A stretch of 64,000 nt of DNA, from assembly GCA_903813345.2 (NCBI GenBank), contig CAIIXF020000001.1:3348001-3412000 (forward strand), given 5' to 3'. Source of the DNA: Owenia fusiformis (Eukaryota). The position numbers and the translations under genes were made by a program. The notes beneath the pieces were generated by a model. It searched no databases. It saw nothing but the letters and a program-made list of their open reading frames with translations, and was not told where the DNA came from. Of the stretch, positions 49,290 to 62,679 are shown one piece after another. Within the stretch, counting starts at the first letter, position 1. Each line of letters begins with the position of its first letter.

Positions 49290-50455
49290 GTCTCTCACAA
49301 GCTTCAGATAACTGGATAAAGAGACTTTGATAAATCAAAATGAGTGAAAATGGGACATGTTAATATGTGTAACCATTATTGAAACAAAACTGGTCTAAAG
49401 GTGAAAGTTATAGAAATATGTAGACAATGGATGATGTCGGATGGTGTGGCCTTCATCCCCTTTTACCTTCTGCATGGAGTACACAAAAGAGATTGGTCTA
49501 TAACATGAATATGAAAGATTTCATGCATATACAATAATATAACACAAGTACTATACATGTACAAAAACTTAACAAACAATAAATATTTATGATACTCATA
49601 TATTATTTATTTATTATTAATAAATATGAAAATTAGTAGGCTAATGCAAAAATTTTGAAAACCTGAACAAATATCAACTCTGTTATCTACATAAAACCTA
49701 AAACCAAATCTGAAATAAATATTACTGAATGTCATCTGATCAAGTTCTGTCCATTTGAGTTAATGTTTTTGCCTTCCAGTAATATAACAAAAGCAGATTA
49801 GATATGACTGTGTATGTGAAAGTCAGTACTGACTCTGACCCTATGTCAGTACCAAGTATCACATTTCACATTTAAGATAAAGTTGAAGTCCTTTTACTAG
49901 TATTGAGATGTTGTTTCAGTTCATGTCCGCTCGGAGGTTCTAAGTTCATTTTTGCTACACAAATGCTATGCAAAAATATTTCCTTGTATTTCATTATTCC
50001 CAAAATAACAATTTTTAAAATTAGATCATAAGTTATATTTTGTGCAGCAGAGTTCCACGATTCTATTCCCGATTCTGGATTTTATCTCCCCCACGCCCCC
50101 TGATAGATCTCAGGGATAGGTTGCTGTGGAATAGTTCCATCTGTCCAAAACTGTTTAATTTCACTGTGTTCAAAACACCATGGAGCAATGAGAATCTGAA
50201 ATAAGATCAAGTATGTATTTTTCATTTTGCCGTTCTTAAACATATAATATACCAATGTTATTTTCCTGTGCTCTCTGTTGGAATGTGTTGCCTTTTGGGG
50301 TCAAACAAATGCAGCAATTTCACTCTAATCTCTTGATCATAACTTCAATATTAGACAATAACGCATCATCTTGTCACATAAGCATCCTTATCAACATCAT
50401 CGATTATGTCTTTCATATGCCTCAGGGATTAAACATAAAGTCAATCATTGTGTTT
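49290..50455 (-). pseudogene. Internally deleted duplicate of the chitin-binding/LamG gene
   Basis: 49290-50230 matches 57890-58830 (3' flank, 3'UTR, last exon 50195-50082 ILIAPWC...QGAWGR*, intron end). 50254-50451 matches 63114-63311 (5'UTR/promoter). All internal exons are absent. Confidence 0.8.
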
Positions 50456-50950
50456 TCATTAAAGCAGATATGAAATGGTATTTTTAACCTAAAGGAATCA
50501 AAATAATGTTTTGATAGATGTATTTGGACATGTTTTCTCATCAGAAATGTGAAAACTATTTCACTCTAACGATTGTTATAGCTGCTTAATAAGCAATATT
50601 CGAATTGGTTGTGACGTTATTGGCCCCCACGTGATCTCTCACTGGTCCCCACGTGGCCCGTTTTGGTCCATTAGATCATGACGTCATAATGCCAAAATGC
50701 TTTGTTACTTGTTTACACAACAATCCTATGGTTGCCGTGACATTATGATTACTATGGAACCAATAAACCAAAGCTATATTTTGTATATGACGTTACTAAT
50801 CACGTGGGGGCCAATTTGATTTATCAGTTAGTTTTATTTCGTTATCTATGACCGTTAGCAGTTATCTAACATTTATTTTATAATGGCTATCGCAAGAACT
50901 CTACAGTGGGCTTACAATGGAGAAACCCGCATTTTTGTAGCTGCAAGTTG

Positions 50951-53900
50951 CAGAGCTGTCAAGTGTCCCGCGAATGGCGGGATTATCCCGCGAATTTGAC
51001 CAAAATTTGGCTTATTCGCGTGTCCCGCAATGTCCCGCGAATTCCCGCAAATGACGGCTTTGACCTCCGCGAATTTTCAAAATTGTAACAATCCCCGAGG
51101 CTAAATAATTGTGATTATATTGTGATATAAGAAGCTAAGCTTTTTGCACTTTTGAGGAGTCAAGTTTACCTAATTTGAAAAGTGCTGCCGAACTCCCAGT
51201 GCATCAGATCATCGAAGACTGCATTTGGAAGGAGCATATAGTACACTTATAAAACTATGATTTTGATCCAAATAACACCATAGTTGGCTTCTAGCATGCC
51301 GTTTGGTATCAAAATAAAGAGGAAGAGTGCAAATTTCATTTTAATTACGGAAAAAGGGATGTGTGTCACGATTAGTTCCAACGTTGGCCTTTTTACTACG
51401 CGTGTCACGGCCTTCATCTCAGAACTGAACAAATGTTAGCAAACGCGAGTTCCAATAAATGGACACTGATATCTCGAAAAGAAACCTGACTCCCCATGAT
51501 TTGATGTAGAATAATCGAACCCCTATACGAATAGGTACATTAAGATATATAACACTATGGGGGTAAATGTTTCATAGTTGGTCACGAACGCCATAAGTGC
51601 AAAGTATTCACAAGAATTTTTGAATTTCGTGTCGGATTACGGTACTCACACCTAAAGCGTGGTTTTTGATAGTTTAATAATAGTTCTATGCGTATTGTGT
51701 GGAATTGTGTGGAATTGTGTTGACGTTTACTTAAGTTAAGTGCATTATATTTGATAAATCAGTATCTGAAAGTTTGATTCAAGAGTACTTTATCATTAAA
51801 AATCCCTTGAATGTCCTGCGACATCCCGCAAAAGGTTGATGTCCCGCAAAATCCCGCGAATTTTGTCTTTGTCTAGAAAAATTATCCCTCTCTGAAGTCT
51901 TTGGTGGTTACCCTGTTAATTGTCCCGCAAGTAGCGTGTTTGTCCCTTGAATGGTCCCGCGAAATCCCGCGAATTTGATCAAAATTTGACCTTTTAGCGC
52001 AATCACGCAAATCCCTTAAATGTCCCGCGAAATCCCGCGAATTTAGGTGAATGTCCCGCAAAATCCCGCGAATTTTTGGAACTGGGTCTAAAAATCTGTC
52101 CCGCGAGAAAATCGGTTATAATGAAAACACGCGCTACGCGCTAACGCGCCACGCGCCAATGCGCTAGTAGAAAATGATCCTTCCCCACGATGTGTGCGCA
52201 TGTTTTAAGCGCATGTTTATGATTGGTCTATACCCTTGGCCCAGGGACATGTATAATTAGGGTTATGACTCCCTGGGAACTTGTCAAAACATTGACACTT
52301 CAAAGACTGTATAAATCACCGCTAACCTGTCAATCAGACTTTGATGTGAACTTTGCGGCCGCAGGAAATAAACAAAGCCTCTCGAAAATTACACTTTTCA
52401 AGTTACGATTTCTCTAAAAATATAAGACCAATTAAGATGTTCTTCACACCGTTAAAAAACAGAATTCAACTTTAATTTAGGAAATAATTCCAAAACTAAA
52501 TGAACGTGTACTTTTCTCTGTATTTGACCTGAAAGGACATGAGTAACTTAGAATTAATAAATATTTACGGCCAATTACTGGACAATGATAAAACACGCTG
52601 GTCAGGTTTACATTACTTTTTAATCGTCTCTTATTTAAAACTTTAATTCCAAATGAAATACAATCCTGTTTTCAACAATATTCCTGGTAAAATAGGTAAT
52701 ACAATTCACTGGGACTGACGTAATTCAAAATTTTTTAAATCTAAAATCAAATTGAGAAAAACGAAAGCAAACATGAAAGGGGGGTTTATAGGGGTCTTGG
52801 AAATCCATATTCACTATTTTTCACTAGCCCCTCAGTCTTATACCATTTACAGCATTTTTCACCCCTTTTACATGTATTTAACATACAGTGTGTGCAATAT
52901 TTTTCACATCTCCCTATAGTAACTATATTTTACAAAAAGCTCGGGTAAATAATATATCTGTACGATAATTTTGAAATTACCGTTGAGAAAAGTTTGGATG
53001 ATATTCAGAAGGAAATAACATAATGCAAGAATCCACGTAGTACCAAATGTATAATCATACGGCAAATAGGCAGTGCACAGGCCTGAAGCCAGGGGGGTTC
53101 GGAGGGTGACTTTGGAATTTTTGAAAAAGTGACCCCCCCTGGGAAATCCTGGTTACTGTCCTGGCATATGGCATATAGAGACTACTATATAGAGATCTGG
53201 ATTACCCCCATAAATGTGGGACTGGTTTTTCAAACCAACCCCCACAACCAGGCCCGTAGCCAGAGGGGGAGCTGGGGGAGCGGAGCTCCCCCTCTGGCCA
53301 GAGATTCTTTCAAAATCATGCAGTTTTTCACCATTCTGAGAATTTTTTGTATGATTATTAGCCAAAAGTGTAAAAAAGCTTCCCCTGGAAAAAAGGCTCC
53401 CCCTCCTGGTAAAAGCTGGCTACGGGCAAGTCCCCACAACTACTTGTGTATTGAAATCCCAAATTTATGGGGATAAGCTGGATCTGCAGTATTCGTTCAA
53501 ACTGCGAGTTTAAATTTCATAATAGGCTTCTTTAATTCTTTTAAAACATATGTTTATTTAACTTATACGATGCCATATACGATAAATGTTACCCCCTCTT
53601 ATGCAGTCATACAATAGATTTTCACCCTCCTCTTATACGATAACCCTATACACCCCCCCCCCATGAAAGCGAAAGAGGTGTAACCGGGCACGAAAAGAAA
53701 AATGGAAAAATATAAATGCGACGCCTGCAAATTATCCCACCGTTTGGTAAGTCTGAGAGATATAACTTCAAATACAAAGAGTAAAGATATATAAAACATC
53801 CATGACTTGATATTAAGAGGTAACATGCGACAAATAAACATTATATTAAGTCATTAGTCAAGTAGTCGGGCCCCCGGCTCAGATTTCGAAACGGGATTTT

Positions 53901-54245
53901 TCTCGCCGATGGATGGACCCAAATAATGCAATGAAATAGGGAGCGTATTCGCATATCTGCGACCATTCATCTTGTAAGGTGCTACTTTCTATTTATCTTC
54001 CTTTTCAATCAGATGAAACACACTGACAATCGATAATCTTTGCACAATTAACGATCAAACATTGGGCTTCTTCATACTTCTGCTTTCTGATGCGCCACCT
54101 AATCTCTTCACTCACTCGATTTTTATACATGTTCCTGGGCCTGTGGGAACGATCATTCTGAACAGTGCGTTAGTGCGCTAGCGCGTTAGCGCGTAGCGCG
54201 TGTTTTCATTATAACCGAGAAAATCTTTGGGGGTTGACAGTACTG
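50951..54245. mobile_element. Non-autonomous DNA transposon with TCCCGCGAA subterminal motifs
   Basis: Ends cagagctgtcaa / ttgacagtactg, flanked by direct repeat aagttg. Clusters of tcccgc(g/a)aa at 50965-51075 and 51815-52105. Confidence 0.65.
52114..54216. mobile_element. Nested element with 9-bp TSD (Mutator-like)
   Basis: Perfect TIR ggttataatgaaaacacgcgctacgcgctaacgcgc. TSD gagaaaatc at 52105-52113 and 54217-54225. It contains small GTAGCCAG-type MITEs at about 53078-53163 and 53249-53428. Confidence 0.85.
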
Positions 54246-54431
54246 AAGTTGAGAAAAGCTATTTCAGTTGTCCTTTAACCAACTCATTTGGGAGAATGGC
54301 CTGTGGGAAAGTCCATGTAACATCATGAATATAATAATGATTGATAGCCTGGAAAGACAGGTCACTTAAATATTAATATGGGGTTCAGAAAACTGGGCAT
54401 GTAAGACATGGCTTCAATTCTATATATGCAA

Positions 54432-54616
54432 TGTTGATGTGAAAAAGCCAGTCAGTCCTATAGCTCAGTGGTAGAGCAATCGCGCGTAAAGCGAGGTGTC
54501 GTGAGTTCAATCCCTACTGTCACTGTTGATGTGGAAAAATCAGTCTGTCCTATAGCCCAGTGGTAGAGCATTCACCCTGAAAGGGAGGGGTCGTATGTTT
54601 GATCTCCATTGGGAGA
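54432..54616 (+). pseudogene. Two tandem degenerate tRNA-derived (SINE-head-like) units
   Basis: gtcctatagc(t/c)cagtggtagagca A-box occurs twice, about 92 nt apart. B-boxes gagttcaatcc / atgtttgatct. Acceptor stems do not pair. Confidence 0.6.
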
Positions 54617-55217
54617 AAGAGTCGAAGGCATGCAAGGCGAATCCTGGAAACCTGGGTTCAGGAAAAACAAATGCACTCAAAATGTCACTCCATTTTGGGC
54701 ATTACATCATAACATCAAAACATTCGAGAAAAGGATTGAAATTGCTTTTTCACTCCATTTTAGGCATTATACCATAAAAGGGAAAAATTCAGGGCACAAT
54801 CAAATGACATTTACATGATCAGAAAATTGAATGGAGTGGGATGGGGTGGTTTCTTCATTAAATTCAACAGGAAAATTTACTATTGCATTGCAAAATAAAT
54901 AAGCACATGGTATGGTAAATTATATTAGGTTTTCTAGAATCTTTTTTGAATCAAAACGCTTCTAAGATACAAGATCTATTTAAAAAGTCGCCAAGCCACC
55001 AATGTGCACAAGTCAATATTTTTCTATATTTCAAGTAATGGGGGTCTACAAAATCTGTAATAAATATGTTTAAGTGACAATATCTTCACAAAATTAATGT
55101 CATTCCTATAGCTTTTTAAAAAAGGTTTGCATACATTAAATTAAAAAATAATTGAAAATAAACTGAACAGAGGGGGGGATTGTACGGGGGGATTCATGTG
55201 TCTATAAGGGTTATCTG

Positions 55218-57590
55218 TATTTTACAAGTGACCAAGAGACCAGAAAGAAATGTTATCTACCTTAATTTTCAGTAATTTTTTCCTCCAGTCTTTTAGGCAC
55301 CGCCACTGGTACTAACCAGAACAACGGCAACGCCAAAGCGTAGCGAATCCCATCGAACAGAAATGGCTGGCATTTTTACAAACGAATAGCAAATATCATA
55401 AACAACACACCAGAAAGGCCACCATTTTCAAAATGGTTGCTCACTAGCCAAGTTGTCATCAGAAGAAATAATATGCTTTTAAGTAGCCACCTCTAAAATT
55501 CTTGAAAAATCGCACACGTACTTGTAAAATAACACACATAAAATGGTGGCCATTTTTCAAAATGGCCTACTACTCCCCAAAGTTTTATTAGACAATGTGC
55601 CATGCTTAAAGTATTCACATACCAAATATGAACAAAATCGCTCCACTACTTTTCGAGTAAAATATGTTAAAATGGCGGCCATTTTTCAATGCCGCCTTCT
55701 ACCCAAAGTGTCATACGACAGTGTGCCATGATTCTAGTATTCACATACCAAATACGAACAAAATCGCTCCACTACTTTTCGAGTTATAGTAAAATACGTT
55801 TAAATGGCGGCCATTTTTCAAAATGTTTTTCAAAATGGCCGCCTTCTACCAAAAGTGTCATAGGACAGTGTGCCATGCTTCTAGTATTCACATACCAAAT
55901 ATGAACAAAATCACTCCACTATCGAGTTATAGTAAAATACGTTAAAATGGCGGTCTTTTCAAAAAAATTTCCAAAATGGCCGCCTTCTACCAAAAGTGTC
56001 ATAGGACAGTGTGCCATGCTTATAGTATTCACATACCAAATATGAACAAAATCGCTCCACTACTTTTCGAGTTATAGTAAAATACGTTAAAATGGTGGCC
56101 ATTTTTCAATTTTTTTTCAAAATGGCCGCCTTCTACCAAAAGTGTCTTTAGACAATGTGCAATGCTTATAGTATTCACATACCAAATATGAACAAAATCG
56201 CTCCACTATTTTTTGAGTTACAGCAAAAATCGTAAAATGACGAGTAAAGGCCGCCATTTTTCAAGATGGCTGCCATGTGCTTCTTCAATCTACATTTGTA
56301 GCATTATTAACGTCCTTTATAATTTTTTTACATTTAAAACATATTGCTATGACAGTTTTACATATTACACCTAAATTACTGTAAAATCGGCACTAAAATG
56401 GCCGCCATTTTGAAATGAGCGGCCATTTTGAAAATCGGCTTTCGAGCAGAACTTCTACTCTTATAGGGTATATGTGTACAAAATATGAACAAAATCGGGC
56501 CAACGGTATTTGAGTTATTGCCCCGACGGACGGACAGACGGACGGACGGACGGAGGCGTTCCCTATGTCCCTCCGAACTTCGTTCGATGGGATAATAATT
56601 ACTCTTCCCTTGGGCCTATCGGAGTTTCTCGTTAATAGGGCCATGGATGTTATATTTTGAGGACTTCTCAAGTAATTCCAAGTGGGTGAAAACATTCGAG
56701 AAAAGGATTGAAATTGCTTCAAAACAGTGATATAATGTGAGTGGGCGAAAACACTCAGAAAGGGAAAAAACATAAGTAGCAAACAGAACAGCGAACTGGG
56801 GTAAACTAGACATGATGTAGCAAAGATATGACAAAAAGTCACACATTGGATAACGTTCATGCCCATGTTCATGATACTATTGCATGAGTACTGCATATGT
56901 TTTGCCATACTCTGAAAAGTTCTCCACCGAATGGTAAATGCTATCATAATTATAGCAGACATAGGCTGGTGTATGTAGCTTATAGATAAACTTACCGCCA
57001 TTTCAAACTTCCTCAAAGTCGCCATTGTGTCTTAACCGCGTTGCAGCCTCGTTTTAGATAGATATGCTTGGCTGGAACGTGTTATCTCTGTCCATGGTGA
57101 TATTTATTAATCTTAAAGTGGACACATACCCTTCATACTCATGCAATAGTATCATGAATGCAGGAATGAACATTAACCACTTTTTTGCTACATCATGTCA
57201 AGTTAACCCCAATTCGCTGTTCTCTTTGCCACTTTTGTTTTTCCCCTTTTGCAATGTTTTCGCCAACTGATATTACAAAATAACTGTTCTAAAGCAATTT
57301 TAATCCTTTTCTCCAATGTTTTCACCCACTCATGGGCGTTATAAGAGAAGTCCTCAAAATGAATGCCCATGGGCCTTTGTAACAACTTTTTCATACACCC
57401 CTCTTTAAAATAAATGACCTTGGGCCTATCTGAGAGAAACTCCGGTAGACCCAGGGGAGGAGTAATATGAGTATTAGTGGTAGTGCCTAAAAAACTGGAC
57501 TAAAATTATTGAGAATTAAGCTAGAACACATTTCTTTCTGGTCACCCTGTACAAGAGGCCACCTAGGTCTCTTGGTCACTTGTAAAATAC
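55218..57590. mobile_element. Foldback element with long inverted arms, interrupted by a HINE insertion
   Basis: gtattttacaagtgaccaagagacc / ggtctcttggtcacttgtaaaatac ends. 56600-56890 is inverted relative to 57135-57465. Confidence 0.7.
55321..56598 (+). mobile_element. HINE/pearl(CvA)-like element with an internal ~141-146-nt tandem array
   Basis: About 5 copies of a ~141-146-nt unit at 55540-56240, a (GGAC/AGAC)n microsatellite at 56525-56553 and a 3' hairpin cgaacttcgttcg. Confidence 0.75.
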
Positions 57591-58681
57591 TTTTAACTGT
57601 CTATAAGACATGATAAGAGATGTTACTTGAGGTATTATAATTAGTCACTTATTAGTCTTCTGACCTATTTGTTTGTAAAGGTTTAGCTTTTCTTTGACAT
57701 ATGATATTGACACATGTTTGTGATAAAAATGTTGTGGAAATCCTATCTACAACTCAGGAAATAAGGAAAAAAGAAAAATCATAACTTTGTAGTTATCAAT
57801 GTACATTCTTAAGTGATAGTTTATATTCCACCACATGCATTGATTTACTTGGAGAATGCGCTGGCTAGGAACATTTTTTCTCTTATATAAATCAGAGTCT
57901 CTCACTAGCTGGATAAAGAGACTCTGATAAATCAAAAATGGGAAATGCTAAATCAATTAAATATGTAACCAATACAGAAAAAACTGATCCAAAAGTGAAA
58001 GTTGTTGAAATATGTAGAAAATAGATGATCTCAGTTATGATTGGCATTCAGTTTTAACATTTCATCAAAAGTCCAATTACAGTGACATTCCAACCCTTTT
58101 ACCTTCAGTATTGAGCAGACAAAACAGATTGGTCAATAACATGGATATGAAAGATTCTTTATGTATATATAACACAAGTACTATACATGTATAAAAACAA
58201 ACAATAAATATTGGCTATGCTCATATATCATTTATTAATACACATGAAAATTAGTAGGCTATTGAAAAATTTGGAAAAACCTAATACCAAATCTGAAATA
58301 ATTATATTACTGAATGTCATCTGATCAAGTCCTGTCCATTTGAGTTAATGTTTTTGCCTTCCAGTAATATAACAAAAGCAGATTAGATATGATTGTGTAT
58401 GTGAAAGTCAGTACTGACTCTGACCCTATGTCAGTACCAAGTATCACATTTCACATTTAAGATAAAGTTGAAGTCCTTTTACTAGTATTGAGATGTTGTT
58501 TCAGTTCATGTCCGCTCGGAGGTTCTAAGTTCACATTTGCTACACAAATGCTATGCAGAAATATTTCCTTATATATCATTATTCTCAAGATAACACTTTT
58601 GAAAATTAGTTCACAAGTTATATTTTGTGCGTAGTATTTGTTCAGCAAAGAGTTCCATGATTCTATTCCTGATTCTGGTGT

Positions 58682-61600
58682 TTATTTCCCCTGCGCCCCC
58701 TGATAGATCTCAGGGATAGGTTGCTGTGGAATAGTTCCATCTGACCAAAACTGTTTAATTTCACTGTGTTCGAAACACCATGGAGCAATGAGAATCTGAA
58801 ATAAGATCAAGTATGTAATTTTCATTTTGCATTTTCATATAATATGTTTAATGCATCCTAGCTGCCTAGTATATTACATATTGTTACCATGGTGACTAAA
58901 ATTACAACCCTTTTTGAAAACTTCGTCAAAACTGATGGAATCCTTTATATTTTTATAAATAGGCCTATTGTAGTGTTCAATGAAGCAAACAATATAGCAG
59001 TCATATAATATCAACCTAAAGTGTCATCATTTGAAGCATGTTTTATTATGAGAGCCAGGCCTTAAAATGAAGCACAATAAGCAACATTTGAAGAACATGA
59101 ATAGTCTTTGGCTATTCTTAAGTATAATTTACCTCATCCATATCTGCCTCAAATCCCTGTCCTCCAAAGTTCAGACCACTTTTTCCCAACTGAACATCAA
59201 CTAGAAATAGATGAGGAACAATTACAGAGGTTACCATTGTACTGATATGTTGATAAGAAATGTCACAACTGCCACCACCAAACTCTTTTAAATCTTCTTT
59301 TAATTATTCAAAGGATATGGTGATATCAATTTAAATGATTTTTAATATTTCTATCAATCATTTTACTCAGTTGTGCCACAGTGTTTTCAGATAAAAGGTC
59401 TATGGTCCTGCTAATCTGATATGACTTGTGACAGACATTGAAATATTGACATGGTCTCCTCCACTCACCATTGCTAAATGATGTAAAAGATCCAATAATT
59501 CTGTTATTTATGTAGACAGTACGCACGCCATCACACCATGTAACACCATACAGCTTCCATCTTGGACTCCCGCCAGCTAACGTTCGCAACGAGTCATCAT
59601 CGTCTTTCTGAAATTAGATACACGCATATTGAAATGATAGTGCTTTGACTAGAACAATGTTCTTTACATGTATCTTTAATTAATTTTCATAATGTAATTT
59701 TCACTCTCAAAAACCTGAATCACATATCAGGTGAAAATTGATATAGGCTTATACTTACAGTAGCAACAATGCTGCCATCCAAATCTGAAAAATCAAATTC
59801 TTCGTCCTCCTCTCCTCCTCCACCAAGAGCTAGAATATCAAATAACTTCAATTCTAATTTGATACATGATATCGCAATAACTAGAACAATTGAATTACTG
59901 GTCTATAATGGAGTATGTATGACTGCTAAATTTCATGAATGCAAATATTTGGTTTTCTTGGTTTATCATATTAGAATCGTAACAAAGACCTGGATTCTAT
60001 AATTTATGACAAATTTATAACCTCAGATTGGAAAATACCACTATCCTTATGCGATTTATGTTTTAACAATGGACAGAATAAAATGTTGGGTCATTTATTG
60101 CTATAGGATATGAGCAGGGCAGTTTTATATTTGCAGGTATGCACTTACGCTGAATACCACCTAATCCAAGCTGTCTTTTCCTTCTGCTGCCGATTCCTCT
60201 TCGTCTGCCATATAAGGCCCAGTCATCTGACCATACCCAGGGGCCAGAGTCGTAAAATCTCCCGAAGAATATCAAAGTCACCTTTGATCCAAGTGCACCA
60301 TTTACAAAAGCTGGAAGCTGGAGAATATAAGATGATCATCAAATGTTAATAATGCAGGTGGTAATTACCAGTTTTACCACAAGGTGTTTTTTTCAGGTCA
60401 GATAGCATGGCGGGTATAGTAGAAAGTTCCCTTTAATTCAAATCACATTGGTTTTAGTGGTTCAATTTTCATATAACCCTTATGTATCTAATAGTTATGC
60501 AAATTAAAATATGTCCAGTGAAAGAAAATGTTATATGTCCAATACAAGAAGGATATTTCACTTTTTGTGACTTTGTAACATGTGGTTGATGGGGAATCAA
60601 CTCGAACTAGAAAACACATTTTCAAAAGGAATTAAATTTTCAAAGTTGATGAACAATTTTCGAAAGCATATTCCTAGATATACCTTTACATGCAGATTTC
60701 AAATATGACATCACTTTGACTGAATTTTGAATATTTAATGATGTAAACCAAAACTATTTCTACTCACATCTAGTCTATTTGGAGATATCTAGATGTTCAC
60801 TTTACAACTTGGTGCATCCCACCAATAAAGCTCAAATATTCAAATGTATACTCACATCTATTCATACATCTTCACCAGTAAAGCTCACATATTAAATCAT
60901 ATACTCACATGTACTGGTACATCTCCGCAAGTAAAGGTCACATATTAACCATCTTCATAAGTAAAGCTCATATAGTAAATCATATACTCACATGTATTGG
61001 TGCCTCTCCACCAGTAAAGCTCACATATTCAATTGTATACTCACATGTATTGGTGCCTCTCCACCAGTAAAGCTCACATATTCAATTGTATACTCACATG
61101 TATTGGTGCCTCTCCACCAGTAAAGCTCACATATTCAATTGTATACTCACATGTATTGGTGCCTCTCCACCAGTAAAGCTCACATAGTCATCACGTTTTC
61201 CTGTTAGATTATTAAGGGCAGCACTACCTGAGTCTGTATACACGTTCTGATGCACTTCCACAAATCCATTTGAAAATGGCCAGTATAAAGTTGGTAATGT
61301 ACGTGCTGAAAAGAAAAAAAGTACATTTCACAAAAAAGGTTATTCAGATGGAACAATGTGACTGAGCCATTGAATTCAGTTTTACATTCAATCCCCCATA
61401 AAAACAGAAAATAGCTATTGCCATCTAATATATTAGTCAAGATGAACCACTAATATCAAAAGTATTTTTACACAACGGTATCTGACAAGTCATCACACGA
61501 GACTTGAAGTTAAATTAGATATTCCCTTAAGCACTCTCAATTACTAAAACAAAAAAATACTTACGTGCCCCCCATGGATATTCACAATAACAACCATCAA

Positions 61601-62679
61601 GAGTAAAAATTTGACCTGCAGCACATTCTTCAATCGGTTCACCGTCAACTTGATATGTATTGCTACCTATCTTAGTGTAGACAACCAAATTCTGGCAACA
61701 CTCTGTAAACAAATATTTAAGCTTCACACACCTACAGACTTAATATATCAATTTAGTGGGGTAGAACACAGCATAGTCATTATTTTAGGTGAATTTCCAC
61801 ACTCTTTTGACACCGTGTTAGGACAAATGCACTCGCTCACCTTCAATTTTTGCTTTGTATGACATTCTGTCCAACTCATGCTGAATTTCACCACATTGAA
61901 TCAACTATAATTTATTTCTTAAACATTTAATTTTCAACAAGTGTAACTAATTTATGAAGCCTAAATAGTTAGTACAACCCTAACTCTTTTACATTTTTTT
62001 TAACATAAAATACATGTAAATGTAATCCTTACGTTTGGTAGGATCTAAAGAATTAACCAAAGCATCTGGACACGTGGTGTTAATGAATTCTGAAATAAAA
62101 ATACTAAATTATTTTAATACAAGAATCAAAGCACATTTTAAAAATTATTTTTAGTTTTAACTATTCCAGAGCTGTAGAGTGGTAAATAATTATATTTATG
62201 ATCTGAGTTTCACTACGTTAACTTACCACCAGCCGCATAACATGCTGCATCATTTTGACATTCAGGTCTTACATTGTAATCCCAGTCACAAATCAACTCT
62301 TCCTGGTTCCATACAAGAGGTTCTGGACACACTTTTAATGTGGCAATGTTGAGAAATGCATCACAAACATAATACGAACAGCATGTTGGTCCTACTAGGT
62401 AGCCACAAGAATCGCATAGAGCTGTAACATATCATTTTTGTGGTATTTACAATTTACAACAGTATATAAAATATACCAATTTATTATTCTTTCCAATTGA
62501 AAGAACAAATTGAAACATGTTCTATGAGCATGTAGAGCATACTCCTTTTTGAAGAATTAATTGTTTTATCATTTTTTATTATCTTATATTAAAGGTATAC
62601 CTTTCTGTGAAGCATTTAGTTGGATGGTTACGGATGTTCCACCAACTATCAGGGCAGAAGCCACAAAAAGAAACAACAT
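58682..62679 (-). CDS. Secreted protein, 394 aa: signal peptide, two chitin-binding type-2-like Cys domains and a laminin-G/concanavalin-like domain (Pif/BMSP/LamG3 shell-matrix-type architecture)
   Basis: Exons 62679-62601 (MLFLFVASALIVGGTS), 62421-62227 (CCSYYVC...KVCPEPLVWNQEELICDWDYNV), 62089-62033, 61702-61565 (CAAGQIFTLDGCYC), 61305-61151 (LYWPFSNG), 60317-60149, 59829-59759, 59607-59469 (WKLYGVTWCDGVRTVYIN), 59200-59133 (FEADMDE), 58795-58682. All GT-AG with consistent phases, 1185 nt in total. A probable 5'UTR exon ends at 63091. Confidence 0.82.
60760..61185 (-). repeat. 53-nt tandem repeat spanning an exon end and splice donor
   Basis: actcac (minus-strand GTGAGT) at 61145, 61092, 61039 and 60986, with degenerate copies at 60903, 60850 and 60762. 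Confidence 0.92.

Noticed and set aside
53129-53476. Overlapping ORFs on both strands
   Set aside because: They coincide with GC-rich GTAGCCAG-type MITEs that recur at about 3123 and 4460.
54455-54616. Functional tRNA genes
   Set aside because: Acceptor and T stems do not pair properly; these are better explained as degenerate tRNA-derived repeats.
56393-57025. 210-aa ORF, the longest in the track
   Set aside because: It runs across a HINE end, a microsatellite (SVRPSVCPSV) and a foldback arm, with no recognisable domain.
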